This document shows, one piece after another, positions 9,721 to 19,940 of a stretch of 64,000 nt of DNA (its first letter is position 1; each line of letters begins with the position of its first letter). Origin of the DNA: Alphaproteobacteria bacterium. Lineage in GTDB: Bacteria > Pseudomonadota > Alphaproteobacteria > GM7ARS4 > G965262615. The notes under the pieces are model-generated. The model had not been told where the DNA came from and did not search any database. It saw only the letters and a program-made list of their open reading frames with translations. The position numbers and the translations under genes are program-made. The stretch is from assembly GCA_965262615.1 (NCBI GenBank), contig OZ253545.1, positions 896,001 through 960,000 of the forward strand, given 5' to 3'.

Positions 9721-12346
9721 TTCTCTTTTTGATGACGGTGTTTCCGCCACTCCGGTGATGGCGCAATACTTGGCGACCAAATCACATCATCAAACCGCGT
9801 TGCTGTTTTTTCGCATGGGGGATTTTTACGAGTTATTTTTTGAGGATGCTGTTCAAGCCGCCGAGGTTTTGCACATTGCTCTGACACGGCGGGGACGCTA
9901 TCAGGGCAGGGATATTCCCATGTGTGGCGTTCCCGTTCATGCGGTGGATCATTATGTGTCCAAGTTGGTGCGTCTGGGCATGAAGGTGGTGATTGCCGAA
10001 CAGATGGAAACCGCCGAGGAGGCAAAAAAACGCAAAAGTTTGATGAAGCGCGAGGTCACCCGCATCATCACCGCCGGCACACTGACCGACGAGAAACACC
10101 TTGAGGACAATCGCCATCATCATCTGGCAGCCATCGGACGCAGTGGCAGCAGCTATGCGGTGGCGTGGATGGATGTCTCAACGGGGGCGTTTTTGGTGGA
10201 GGAATGCGGCAAAAAAAACAACGATGCCATCACCACCCTGCAGGCGAGCCTTGCCCGCATTGAGCCGTCCGAATTGATTCTGCCCATGGGGTGGATGTCT
10301 CTGCCGCTCTGGCAATCGGTGATGCTGGAATGGCGCGATGTCATCACTTCTATCGCCGATGCCCGCTTTGAGAAAAAAAGGGCAACTCGCGCCCTGCTGG
10401 CACTGCTGGATGTCAAACAGCTGGATGCCATTGGCAATTTTTCCGATGCGGCAACATGTGCGGCGGGAGCGGTGGCATCCTATGTGCAAGAGACGCTGTG
10501 TGGGCAGAAATCGTTCGTTCAGCCGCTCCGTCATGACGACCGCTCATTGTGCATGGCGCTGGATGGCATCACCATGCGTCATTTGGAATTGTTTGCCACC
10601 GCCAACGGTGAACGCAAGGGCAGTCTGCTCGCGGCGGTGGATAAAAGCGTGACGGCGGCAGGCGCACGGCTCATGGCATCGGTCATCGCCTCGCCGCTCA
10701 GCAACAAGGATGCCATTGAACAAAGACTGCAGCGGGTGGATTGGTTTTTGCACCATCCCGACCACCTCCAATGGGTGCGGCGATGCCTTAAGGGGTGTCC
10801 TGATGTGGGGCGCGCCCTCAATCGCATCATTCTGCACGCCACGCGCCCTGTGGATTTGGGACTCATTCGCGATTGCCTTGCGGTGCGCGCGTCTTTGGTG
10901 GCGTTTTTCATGGAGCATCGCGCGCCCGAGACAATCGCCAATTTGTTTCCCCACAAAAACACGCTGGATGAATTGCATCACGAGTTACGCAATGCCCTTG
11001 TGGATGAACCCCCTCTGCAATTAAAGGGTGGCGCGGTCATCAGACAAGGTTATCGGGAGCATTTGGATGAAGTCACCCACGATTGCCGTGAGTGGCAGCG
11101 CAAAATCAAAGAACTGGAACTGCGCTACAGCAAAGAGACGGGAATCAAGGGGCTCACCATTGAGATGAATGACAAGGTGGGAACTTTTATCAAGGTGAAT
11201 CACGCCTCAGCGCACATTTTGAAAGAGCGAGGGTTTGTGCGTTTGAGTGCGGTCAAACAGCATGCGCGTTTTGTCAGCGATGAACTGCTCAATCTGCAAC
11301 GCCAATGGGATTATGCGGCGGAACGGCGTGAGACAATGGAGCGTGAGATTTTTTCTGAATTGCGTGAACAGGCGGTGCGAGCATCTCATGATATTTCTCA
11401 TCTGGCGCAATCATTGTCGTGGGTGGATGTGGCGGCGGCGGTGGCGACCTATGCTCAACTGCACGATGGCTGTCGCCCGCAGCTGAGCGATTCCAATGAA
11501 CTGCACATTGTGGCGGGACGCCATCCCGTGGTGGAGCAGTCACCCTTGGAGGACGGCGGCTTTGTTCCCAATGATTGCCATTTGCAAGATGATGATCGCA
11601 TGTGGCTTTTGACGGGTCCCAACATGGCGGGCAAGAGCACATTTTTGCGCCAGAACGCGCTCATTGTCTTGATGGCACAGGCGGGATTTTATGTGCCCGC
11701 CAAACAAGCCCGCATCGGATTGGTGGATCGCCTGTGCTCACGGGTGGGCGCGAGCGATGACCTCATCAGAGGACGCTCCACCTTCATGGTGGAAATGATT
11801 GAAACCGCCGCCATTCTCAATCAGGCAACCCATCGCAGTTTTGTCATTCTTGATGAGGTGGGGCGCGGCACCGCCACCCATGATGGACTCGCCATCGCCT
11901 GGGCGGTGCTGGAGCATCTGCATGATATCAACGGCGCGCGTGCCATCATTGCCACCCACTATCATGAATTGGTGATGTGTGGGGAGTCGTTGCCGTCTTT
12001 GTCGGTGCATCGCATGACGGTCAAGGAGTGGGAGGATGGCATTATTTTTCTGCGTGAGGTGGCAGCGGGTGCGGCAAATGCCTCATACGGAATTCATGCG
12101 GCGAGCCTTGCGGGACTGCCCCAAAGTGTCACCGAGCGAGCCTTTGCCCTCATGACCGCATGGCACGAAAAGGGTGATGTTGTCGCCATTGCGCCTGCTC
12201 CGCCGCCGCAGACTTCCAAAAAGAAGGACACCAATGCCGCCGCCATTGTGCGCGCTCTGGCAGACACCAATCCCGACCAACTGACACCCAAACAAGCGAT
12301 GGAACTGTTGTATCATCTCATATCGTTGCTGCCTCGCAATGAGTAA
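9707..12346 (+). CDS. mutS: DNA mismatch repair protein MutS
   Basis: FRMGDFYELF, TGPNMAGKSTFLRQ, STFMVEM, DEVGRGT. Confidence 0.98.
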   Translation: MKDNNSLFDDGVSATPVMAQYLATKSHHQTALLFFRMGDFYELFFEDAVQAAEVLHIALTRRGRYQGRDIPMCGVPVHAVDHYVSKLVRLGMKVVIAEQMETAEEAKKRKSLMKREVTRIITAGTLTDEKHLEDNRHHHLAAIGRSGSSYAVAWMDVSTGAFLVEECGKKNNDAITTLQASLARIEPSELILPMGWMSLPLWQSVMLEWRDVITSIADARFEKKRATRALLALLDVKQLDAIGNFSDAATCAAGAVASYVQETLCGQKSFVQPLRHDDRSLCMALDGITMRHLELFATANGERKGSLLAAVDKSVTAAGARLMASVIASPLSNKDAIEQRLQRVDWFLHHPDHLQWVRRCLKGCPDVGRALNRIILHATRPVDLGLIRDCLAVRASLVAFFMEHRAPETIANLFPHKNTLDELHHELRNALVDEPPLQLKGGAVIRQGYREHLDEVTHDCREWQRKIKELELRYSKETGIKGLTIEMNDKVGTFIKVNHASAHILKERGFVRLSAVKQHARFVSDELLNLQRQWDYAAERRETMEREIFSELREQAVRASHDISHLAQSLSWVDVAAAVATYAQLHDGCRPQLSDSNELHIVAGRHPVVEQSPLEDGGFVPNDCHLQDDDRMWLLTGPNMAGKSTFLRQNALIVLMAQAGFYVPAKQARIGLVDRLCSRVGASDDLIRGRSTFMVEMIETAAILNQATHRSFVILDEVGRGTATHDGLAIAWAVLEHLHDINGARAIIATHYHELVMCGESLPSLSVHRMTVKEWEDGIIFLREVAAGAANASYGIHAASLAGLPQSVTERAFALMTAWHEKGDVVAIAPAPPPQTSKKKDTNAAAIVRALADTNPDQLTPKQAMELLYHLISLLPRNE

Positions 12347-13864
12347 TTTTCTGGCGCGCCATAGCATCACGGTGGGCTCATGGACGCTGGTGAGTCGCGC
12401 ACTTGGTTTTTTGCGTGATGTGGGGATGGCGATTTTTTTCGGCACTTCGTTTGTGGCGGATGCGTTTTTGGTGGCATTCAAACTGCCCAATTTGTTTCGC
12501 CGTTTGTTTGCCGAAGGGGCATTGACGCAATCATTCATTCCCATTTTTCAGAGTGTTTGGGGTGCTGATGGGCGCGCTCGCGCTCGTGCATTTGCCTTTG
12601 CCTCTCATTGTGGGCGGTGGCTTTTTGTGTCGTTGTTGCTGCTGGTGTTGCTGTTTGAATACGCCATGCCACAGGTGATGGATGTGCTTGCCCCTGGTTT
12701 TTCTGCATCGGATGCCCGTCTGCCACTGACGATTGATTTGGCGCGCTGGCTGTTTCCTTTTTTGTTGCTATCGGCATTGTCGGCGTGGCTCTCGGCATTG
12801 CTCAATGTGCTGGGACACTACGCGTTGGCGAGTGCCACCTCTGTTGTTCTCAATGCCATGATTTTGCTGGTGTTTGGCTATCACTGGTTGGTTGGTGATG
12901 GTGAGGCGGTGACGGTTGCCTATCATGTTGCCTATGGCGTGCTGGCGGCGGGAGTGATGGCGGTGGTGCTGTTGCTGGTGCGCGCTTATGGACTTGGGTT
13001 TCGCCTGTCTTTTGCCAAAGAATGGTCACTTCTCAAACGCATGATGCGGCTGGCTGTGCCGGTGGCTTTGGGCGCGGGGGTGTATCAATTGGGCGTTTTA
13101 TTGATGTGCTGCTTGCCACTTTGTTGCCGCAAGGGTCGGTGTCTTATTTGTATTATGCTGACCGTCTGGCTCAGCTGCCATTGGGAGTTGTGGGAGTGGC
13201 TTTGGGAACGGTGCTGTTGCCAGAGCTGGCTCGTCTAATTCGAGAAAATGACACGCAAGACGCACAATTGATACAAAATCGCGCGCTGGTGTATGGTTTT
13301 GTCTTGGCAATGCCCGCGGCGGTGGCTCTTGCCGTGATTGCCGAGCCTTTGATGGTTGTCCTCTTTGTGCGCGGCGCGTTTGATATGACATCAGCCATGC
13401 AAAGTGCCGCCGCCCTGCAAGCCTTTGCGCTGGGAATTCCCGCTTTTGTCTGGGTTAAGGTGTTTGCGCCCGCTTTTTTTGCTCGTCAAGAAATGACCGC
13501 CCCCGTCATCATTGCCGTTGGAGCTCTGTGTGTGAATGTCGCACTCAGTCTCTCCTTGATGGGCGTGTTCGCCCATGTGGGATTGGCGTTGGCGACCTCT
13601 GTGGCATCGTGGTTGCAGGTGGGATTGTTGCTGTTGGTCTTGAAACGGCGGCGATGGTATCACATGAGCCGTTCTGTGGTGTGGCTCTGTGCGCGCATCA
13701 CTCTTGCCAGTGCCATCATGGGAGGCATGCTTGTCACCATGCAGCAGCAATGGAGTGAGACTCTGTGGTATCATTTGCCCTTGCTGGTGTTTGCTGGTAT
13801 TACTGTGTATCTCTTGTTTCTTTTCATCACGGGGGTGACGAGGTTGCTGTCTCATGAGTCATAG
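12339..13864 (+). pseudogene. murJ: Lipid II flippase MurJ with single frameshift (possibly a sequencing error)
   Basis: N-half SRALGFLRD/PNLFRRLFAEG and C-half YYADRLAQLPLG lie in different frames; one extra T in the T4 run at 13096-13099 restores GVYQLGVFIDVLLA. Confidence 0.9.
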
Positions 13865-14243
13865 CGTTATTTTCTCAGGCGTGCAGCCCACTGGACAATT
13901 GCATCTGGGCAATTATTTGGGTGCGATTCGTCACTTTCCGCCTCTGCAACAAAAGGGGCAGTGTTTGTTTTCCATCGTGGATTTGCACGCCATGACGGTG
14001 CATCCATCGCCACAATCTTTTTATGACTGTGTGTCTCTTGTTTCTTTTCATCACGGGGTGACGAGGTTGCTGTCTCATGAGTCATAGCGTTATTTTCTCA
14101 GGCGTGCAGCCCACCGGACAATTGCATTTGGGCAATTATTTGGGTGCGATTCGTCACTTTCCGCCTCTGCAACAAAAGGGGCAGTGTCTGTTTTCCATCG
14201 TGGATTTGCACGCCATGACGGTGCATCCATCGCCACAATCTTT
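13802..14243 (+). repeat. ~220-bp tandem duplication spanning murJ 3' end and trpS 5' end
   Basis: 13802-14020 repeated at 14026-14243 with about five differences. Confidence 0.97.
13854..14087 (+). pseudogene. Truncated duplicate of trpS N-terminus (77 aa)
   Basis: First 55 aa identical to TrpS, then runs into the duplicated murJ tail ([10 protein letters not shown]). Confidence 0.9.
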
Positions 14244-15072
14244 GAAGGAGGGAATCATGGAAGTGGCGGCGGCCTATATCGCCGCGGGAATTGATGTCAA
14301 ACGCTCCATTGTTTTTGTGCAATCTGATGTGGCTGAGCACAGTCGGTTGCAGTGGTTGCTGGCGTGTCATACGCCGCTTGGGTGGCTCAATCGCATGACT
14401 CAATTCAAAGAAAAGGCAGGCAAAAAACAGCAAAACGCCAATCTTGGACTCTACAGCTATCCTGTGTTGATGGCTGCCGATGTGTTGCTCTATCGCGCCA
14501 CCCATGTTCCTGTGGGTGAGGATCAAAAACAACATTTGGAACTGGCGCGCGACATTGCCTCTGCCGTCAATGACCATTATCAGCAGGATTTTTTCCCATT
14601 GCCCGAGCCTCTCATTGGCGGACACGCCACGCGAGTGATGTCCCTCCGAGATGGCACCCGCAAGATGAGCAAGTCGGAAGCCTCTGACCAGTCACGCATT
14701 CACATGACCGATGATGAGGATGCCATTGTCCATAAAATTCGCCGTGCCAAGACGGATGCCTATCCATTGCCCGCCGTGGGAGAGTCGCTGGAGACGCGTC
14801 CAGAGGCGAAGAACTTGCTCACCCTTTATGCGGCGTTGAGTGAGCAATCATGGGATGCGGTGTGTGCCCAATGGCAAGGCAAGGAGTTTTCACAGCTCAA
14901 GGCGGCATTGACCGACCAGGCGATTGCGCGCCTTGCTCCCATTCACCGACAGATGCGCCGTCTGCTGGAAGATCGCGCCCAATTGGAGCACATTCTTGAT
15001 GATGGGGCTCAGCGCGCCCGAGCAATGGCTCACGAGACGATGGAAAAATTTCATCAGCTGCTGGGGTTATAG
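14077..15072 (+). CDS. trpS: Tryptophan--tRNA ligase
   Basis: [29 protein letters not shown]. Confidence 0.98.
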   Translation: MSHSVIFSGVQPTGQLHLGNYLGAIRHFPPLQQKGQCLFSIVDLHAMTVHPSPQSLKEGIMEVAAAYIAAGIDVKRSIVFVQSDVAEHSRLQWLLACHTPLGWLNRMTQFKEKAGKKQQNANLGLYSYPVLMAADVLLYRATHVPVGEDQKQHLELARDIASAVNDHYQQDFFPLPEPLIGGHATRVMSLRDGTRKMSKSEASDQSRIHMTDDEDAIVHKIRRAKTDAYPLPAVGESLETRPEAKNLLTLYAALSEQSWDAVCAQWQGKEFSQLKAALTDQAIARLAPIHRQMRRLLEDRAQLEHILDDGAQRARAMAHETMEKFHQLLGL

Positions 15073-15077
15073 GAATC

Positions 15078-16097
15078 GTGTTTGCCATTGATTTGCCCAT
15101 TGCTCACATGACGGTGCCCGTGCCTTTGTTGTTGCTGCTGGGATGTGGGGTGGGATTTTTGTCCGGCATTTTTGGTTTGGGAGGCGGATTTCTCGCAACG
15201 CCATTGTTGATTTTTATGGGGATGCCGCCCGTGGTGGCGGTCGCGAGTTCTGCCAATTATATCGTGGGGGTGTCCCTGTCGGCGATGCTTTATTATTGGC
15301 GGCGCGAACAGGTGGATTATCATATCGCTGCCATTATTATTGGCGGCGGCATGGTGGGCGCGGCGGTCGGTGTGGGACTGTTCTCTGTGTGGCAGAAAAG
15401 TGGCGCAATTGATTCCATCATTGCCTTGAGTTTTATTGTTTTGCTCAGCTTCATTGGATTCATGATGGCGTGGGAGAGCGCAAGAGTCATTCGCCACCGT
15501 CTGCCAAGAAAGCGTCCGTCACGCTTGTTGCCTCTTCACTGGTTGCATCCGTTGCCATTCAAGGTGCGTTTTCGTGCGTCACGCATTTACATCAGTTTTT
15601 TGTTGCCATTATTGTTAGGGTTTGTGGCGGGAATTTTTGCCGCCCTGCTGGGAATCGGCGGCGGATTGCTGCTTGTCCCCGCCATGATTTATCTTTTGCG
15701 GATGCCCATGCGCCTGGTGGTGGGAACTTCATTGCTCTACACATGTGTCATTGCCACCATGGTGACGCTTTTTCACGCCATGTCTCATGAGGCGGTGGAT
15801 ATAATTTTAGCAGGGGTCTTGATTATTGGCGGTGTGGTGAGCGCGCCGTGGGGCAGTCGGCTGGCGCATGTGATGTCGCCCCAGTATGCCCGTGCCATTA
15901 TGGCGGTCTTGTTGCTGGTGGTCGCTGTGCAATTTGCCTTTGATTCCATGATGCCCACCGGGCATAGAATTGTTGACCTGCAGACCCATCCTTTGCAGGA
16001 GTTCGCGGTGCACCATCCTCTGCTCTATGGCGTGGCGGCGGTGATGATGGCGGTCAGCCTGGCATGGCTTGCCGATTGGCTCAGCAAAAAAGAGTGA
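15078..16097 (+). CDS. TauE/SafE sulfite exporter family membrane protein
   Basis: GIFGLGGGFLATP and LLGIGGGLLLVP repeats; multi-TM. Confidence 0.9.
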   Translation: MFAIDLPIAHMTVPVPLLLLLGCGVGFLSGIFGLGGGFLATPLLIFMGMPPVVAVASSANYIVGVSLSAMLYYWRREQVDYHIAAIIIGGGMVGAAVGVGLFSVWQKSGAIDSIIALSFIVLLSFIGFMMAWESARVIRHRLPRKRPSRLLPLHWLHPLPFKVRFRASRIYISFLLPLLLGFVAGIFAALLGIGGGLLLVPAMIYLLRMPMRLVVGTSLLYTCVIATMVTLFHAMSHEAVDIILAGVLIIGGVVSAPWGSRLAHVMSPQYARAIMAVLLLVVAVQFAFDSMMPTGHRIVDLQTHPLQEFAVHHPLLYGVAAVMMAVSLAWLADWLSKKE

Positions 16098-16106
16098 AGC
16101 CGTCTC

Positions 16107-16135
16107 TTGAGTATAAGGAAAAAAAGCCATATAAT
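16107..16135 (+). promoter_or_regulatory. Sigma70-type promoter, leaderless configuration
   Basis: TTGAGT-N17-TATAAT, 6 nt before ATG 16142. Confidence 0.7.
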
Positions 16136-16141
16136 AAGGTT

Positions 16142-16708
16142 ATGTTTATTCAGACCGAAGCCACGCCCAATCCTGTGACCCTGAAGTTCATTCCCGAAGA
16201 GCCCGTTCTGGCTCGCGGCACGGCGGACTTCACCGATGCCAAATCCGCTGCGGCATCTCCTTTGGCGGCGCGTCTTTTTTCCATTGAGGGGGTGTGTGGT
16301 GTCTTTTTGGGGCGTGATTTCATTTCGGTCACCCGCACGCAGCCCATGGAATGGCAACACCTCAAAGCCGCCATTTTGGAGGCGATCGCCGCTCACTATG
16401 CCTCTGGTGATTCCATCATTGATGAAGCGGCACAAGAATCTTCGGTTGCTCCTGATGAATCATTGAGCGAGGGCGACAGCGAGGTGGTGACGCGCATCAA
16501 GGCTTTGCTGGATGATCGCATTCGCCCCGCGGTCGCCATGGACGGCGGTGATATTCGCTTCAGTGGGTATGACAAGGGCATTGTTTATTTGCAAATGCGC
16601 GGCGCATGCGCCGGATGTCCCAGCTCCACCGCCACCCTGAAGGCGGGCATTGAAAATATGCTACGCCACTATGTGCCCGAGGTGCAAGAAGTGCGGGCGA
16701 CAATATAA
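16142..16708 (+). CDS. NifU/Nfu Fe-S cluster carrier protein
   Basis: MFIQTEATPNPVTLKF, DGGDI, GACAGCPSS. Confidence 0.95.
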   Translation: MFIQTEATPNPVTLKFIPEEPVLARGTADFTDAKSAAASPLAARLFSIEGVCGVFLGRDFISVTRTQPMEWQHLKAAILEAIAAHYASGDSIIDEAAQESSVAPDESLSEGDSEVVTRIKALLDDRIRPAVAMDGGDIRFSGYDKGIVYLQMRGACAGCPSSTATLKAGIENMLRHYVPEVQEVRATI

Positions 16709-16714
16709 ACGATT

Positions 16715-18028
16715 TTATAAGTCGTCAAAAGAATCTTTGGTGGCAAGCAGAGGTTTTGACCTTCTTTTGCTGGTGCTGCGCCATTCAATGGCGGCAATCG
16801 TGCCACAGTGATGGCACACCGCCTGCCACTCCTTGTGATGCTCAAAACACGACCCACATTGCCATATGGGACGCGGCGGAGCTTGCGACATTTTCTCTCG
16901 CCATGACAAAGCCTCCTCAGCAATTCCCAGAGCCTCTTTGATTTGCACCATCAGCAAACAGCATCGCTCATCGGCGTTGCTGATGATGGGGGCAAGGGAT
17001 TTTTCCGCCTGTCGCCATAATCCCGCATCGCATGCCGTTTGTGCCAGTGCCAGACAACTCTCGGGATGGGTGGGGTGGCTGTGAGTCAATTGCTCAATGT
17101 GAGGCAGAAGAGCATCATTGTGGATGATGGAGCGGTAGCATTGATAAAGCTCGGGATGCGGCGCGGCGCGCCATGCGTTTTCAAGGCATTTTTTGGCTTT
17201 TTTATCCTCTCCATGCTCATTGAGGTGCTGTGCCATCATGCAGGCGGCGGCGGTGAGACGAGAATCCTTGCGCAGCGACTGTTTGAGCAAAGACATTTTT
17301 TCATCATCATCGGTGGTTTTGCAAGCCCGCTTGAATGAAATGATGGCGTGAAGGGGTGACATTTTTTTTGTGGGAAAGGCTTTATGAGCTTTTTCGTCCT
17401 CTAAAATGGCGGCGGCTTGTTCCCAATCCTCCTCCAAAATGCTCAGACGCAACAGATTGTGCCACGCCCACAGAGCATCGGGACGCTGATTGAGAGCATC
17501 ATGCAGATGATCAATGGCGGCGCGATAGTGTCCCGATTGCATGGCATCACGAGCGAGTCCTCGTCTTGCCAAAAAGCGGGTGTCCTGATGATGGGTCATT
17601 TCACTGTAATAATGACGCGCCGCCATGACATCACCCTTTTGATGCGCCAGCTGAGATTGCACCAACAAAAAAAGAGGCGAGTGTCCCAGATGCTGTTTGA
17701 GCTGGCGCGCTTCTTTCTCCGCCTCTTCAAGATCGTTCGCCGCCAGAGCCGTGAAGGCTTTGGTGAGTGCCGTCATGCCCTTGCGCCGTGATGACTCTTG
17801 ATGACGGCTGCGCCATTGCCCAGGGGTTTGCAAAAGCCACAACAAAAGGCGCGTCACAAAAGATGATGACAAAATCACCAGCAGCACAGCACCAAGGGCA
17901 AAGCCGATGGGGACGCTCACATCATAATCCAGCCAGTTGATGGCGACCGTGCCACTGGCGGTGGCAAGCCACATCGCGCCGCCAATCAGGGCGACCAAAA
18001 CAACAAATGCCACAACCCAATAAATCAT
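16715..18028 (-). CDS. hemY: HemY N-terminal domain / TPR heme biosynthesis-associated protein
   Basis: Two N-terminal TMs (GTVAINWLDY), TPR helices, AWRAAPHPEL, C-terminal WQCGSC..CHHCG zinc ribbon. Confidence 0.85.
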   Translation of the reverse strand: MIYWVVAFVVLVALIGGAMWLATASGTVAINWLDYDVSVPIGFALGAVLLVILSSSFVTRLLLWLLQTPGQWRSRHQESSRRKGMTALTKAFTALAANDLEEAEKEARQLKQHLGHSPLFLLVQSQLAHQKGDVMAARHYYSEMTHHQDTRFLARRGLARDAMQSGHYRAAIDHLHDALNQRPDALWAWHNLLRLSILEEDWEQAAAILEDEKAHKAFPTKKMSPLHAIISFKRACKTTDDDEKMSLLKQSLRKDSRLTAAACMMAQHLNEHGEDKKAKKCLENAWRAAPHPELYQCYRSIIHNDALLPHIEQLTHSHPTHPESCLALAQTACDAGLWRQAEKSLAPIISNADERCCLLMVQIKEALGIAEEALSWREKMSQAPPRPIWQCGSCFEHHKEWQAVCHHCGTIAAIEWRSTSKRRSKPLLATKDSFDDL

Positions 18029-18111
18029 GGAATCAATTTTTTGGCAAATGGGGACACAGTCATGACCTTTGCTGTTTTCTATACCACATAAATAGTCTAT
18101 ATCATACAATC

Positions 18112-18954
18112 ATGAGACAGCAGCGCACCCTAGCAAAAGAATTGACGATTCGCGGCACTGCCATTCATCAAGGCGGTGATGCTGTCATTCGCCTCAAGCC
18201 ATCAGAAAGTAATTCGGGCATTGTTTTTGTGACGCAAGACGGCAAGACGATCCCTGCTTTGTGGAATTATGTGACACAGACCAATTATCAAACCACCCTG
18301 TCGCAAGGGAATCACTCCATCTCTTTGGTGGAGCATCTGATGGCAGCTCTGGCAGGATGCGGCATTGACAATGTGTCCATTGAGTGTGATGGCGCGGAAA
18401 TTCCCATCATGGACGGCAGCGCAAAACCCTTTGTGAAACAAATTCAAGAGGCGGGCATCGTGTCATTGGATGAAGCGTGTCGCCATATCAAGGTGGACAA
18501 AGAAATCTCAGTCAGTGATGGCGACAGCACCATCACACTGTCTCCGTGTGATGGTTTTGTTGTGGATTATGTCATTGACTTTGCCCACCCATTGATTGGA
18601 CGACAGCAGTTTTCTTACCGTCACGATGACGATTCCTTTGTGGATAATATTGCGCCCGCTCGCACTTTTGGTATGTATGAGGAGTGGGACTATCTGAAGT
18701 CACAGGGTTTGGCAAATGGTGCGTCTTTTGAGAATTCCATTGTTCTCAATAAGGAGGGCATGATGAATGACGATGGATTGCGTTTTGATGATGAGTTTGT
18801 GCGTCACAAAATTCTTGATTGTGTGGGGGACATGTATCTCGGTGGTGCGCGCATGGCGGCTCATGTGCGGGTGCATAAGGGAGGACATGGCTTGCATCGT
18901 GCGGCACTGGCGGCTCTTTTTGCCGATGATGATGCATGGTCGTGGCAAGCTTGA
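18112..18954 (+). CDS. lpxC: UDP-3-O-acyl-N-acetylglucosamine deacetylase
   Basis: QRTL, VEHLMAAL, PIMDGSA, EFVRHKILD. Confidence 0.97.
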   Translation: MRQQRTLAKELTIRGTAIHQGGDAVIRLKPSESNSGIVFVTQDGKTIPALWNYVTQTNYQTTLSQGNHSISLVEHLMAALAGCGIDNVSIECDGAEIPIMDGSAKPFVKQIQEAGIVSLDEACRHIKVDKEISVSDGDSTITLSPCDGFVVDYVIDFAHPLIGRQQFSYRHDDDSFVDNIAPARTFGMYEEWDYLKSQGLANGASFENSIVLNKEGMMNDDGLRFDDEFVRHKILDCVGDMYLGGARMAAHVRVHKGGHGLHRAALAALFADDDAWSWQA

Positions 18955-18999
18955 TTTTAGTCTTGAGAAAATTACCATTCTTCAGTATAGGATAGAACA

Positions 19000-19932
19000 A
19001 TGGCATACCGATTTTTAGCAGTGGTCATCATCATGACATCGTGTGGCGGCGATGGTGGTAAGACTGTCCTGGTGACCGAACCGTTGGAAGTGGATGGCGC
19101 GCGCGGCTTTGCGGTCAGCGAGCGAGAGGTTGCCTTGTTATACAATGACGCTTTGGATCAATTGTATGATGAATCCTACCTCAAGGCATCGGAATTGTTT
19201 GAAGAGGTAGACCGAGAATATCCCTACTCCGCATGGTCTGCCAATGCTCAATTGATGGCTGCTTTTAGCTATTACATGGCGAATGATTTTGACGATGCGG
19301 TGGTGGCGTTGGATCAGTTTGTGAATTTCAATCCGTCTCATCGTTCTGTTCCCTATGCGTTATATCTCAAAGCGATGTGTTACTTTGAACAAATCAAGGA
19401 TGTGGAGCGGGAGCAAGAAAAGACTCTGCAGGCACTGGCGGCATTTGATCAGCTGATCAATCGCTATGAAGACACGCCCTATGGTCGTGATGGTCGGCGT
19501 CGGGTGGCGATTTTGGTGGATAATTTGGCGGGCAAAGAGATGGATATCGGTCGCTTTTATTTGGGTCAGGGTGAGTATCTTGCTGCGCTCAATCGCTTTA
19601 ATCAGGTTTTGGAGGATTATGGTTCTACCTTGCATGCTGTGGAGGCATTGCATCGTTTGGTGGAGGCGTATGTGGGTCTTGGTTTGCATGATGAGGCGTG
19701 GCGAGTGGCTGCCATTTTGGGACATAATTTCCCCGACAGTGACTGGTATAACGACAGCTATGCCTTGCTCGCGAAAAACGGCTTGTTGGAGGGAGATGCC
19801 AAGAGAGAACGCTTGTCCATTGAATCATTGCGGGAACAGGATCGGTTGTCGCTGGGCGGTGGCGGAGGAAATGACCTCAAGCGCATGTGGCACAAATTGC
19901 TGGAGGCAGGAACTGCTCAAAAGCGGTCGTAA
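19000..19932 (+). CDS. bamD: Outer membrane protein assembly factor BamD
   Basis: Lipoprotein; YPYSAWS, LAGKEMDIGRFY, EALHRLVEAY; lpxC-bamD-recN synteny. Confidence 0.93.
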   Translation: MAYRFLAVVIIMTSCGGDGGKTVLVTEPLEVDGARGFAVSEREVALLYNDALDQLYDESYLKASELFEEVDREYPYSAWSANAQLMAAFSYYMANDFDDAVVALDQFVNFNPSHRSVPYALYLKAMCYFEQIKDVEREQEKTLQALAAFDQLINRYEDTPYGRDGRRRVAILVDNLAGKEMDIGRFYLGQGEYLAALNRFNQVLEDYGSTLHAVEALHRLVEAYVGLGLHDEAWRVAAILGHNFPDSDWYNDSYALLAKNGLLEGDAKRERLSIESLREQDRLSLGGGGGNDLKRMWHKLLEAGTAQKRS

Positions 19933-19940
19933 CGGGTGTT

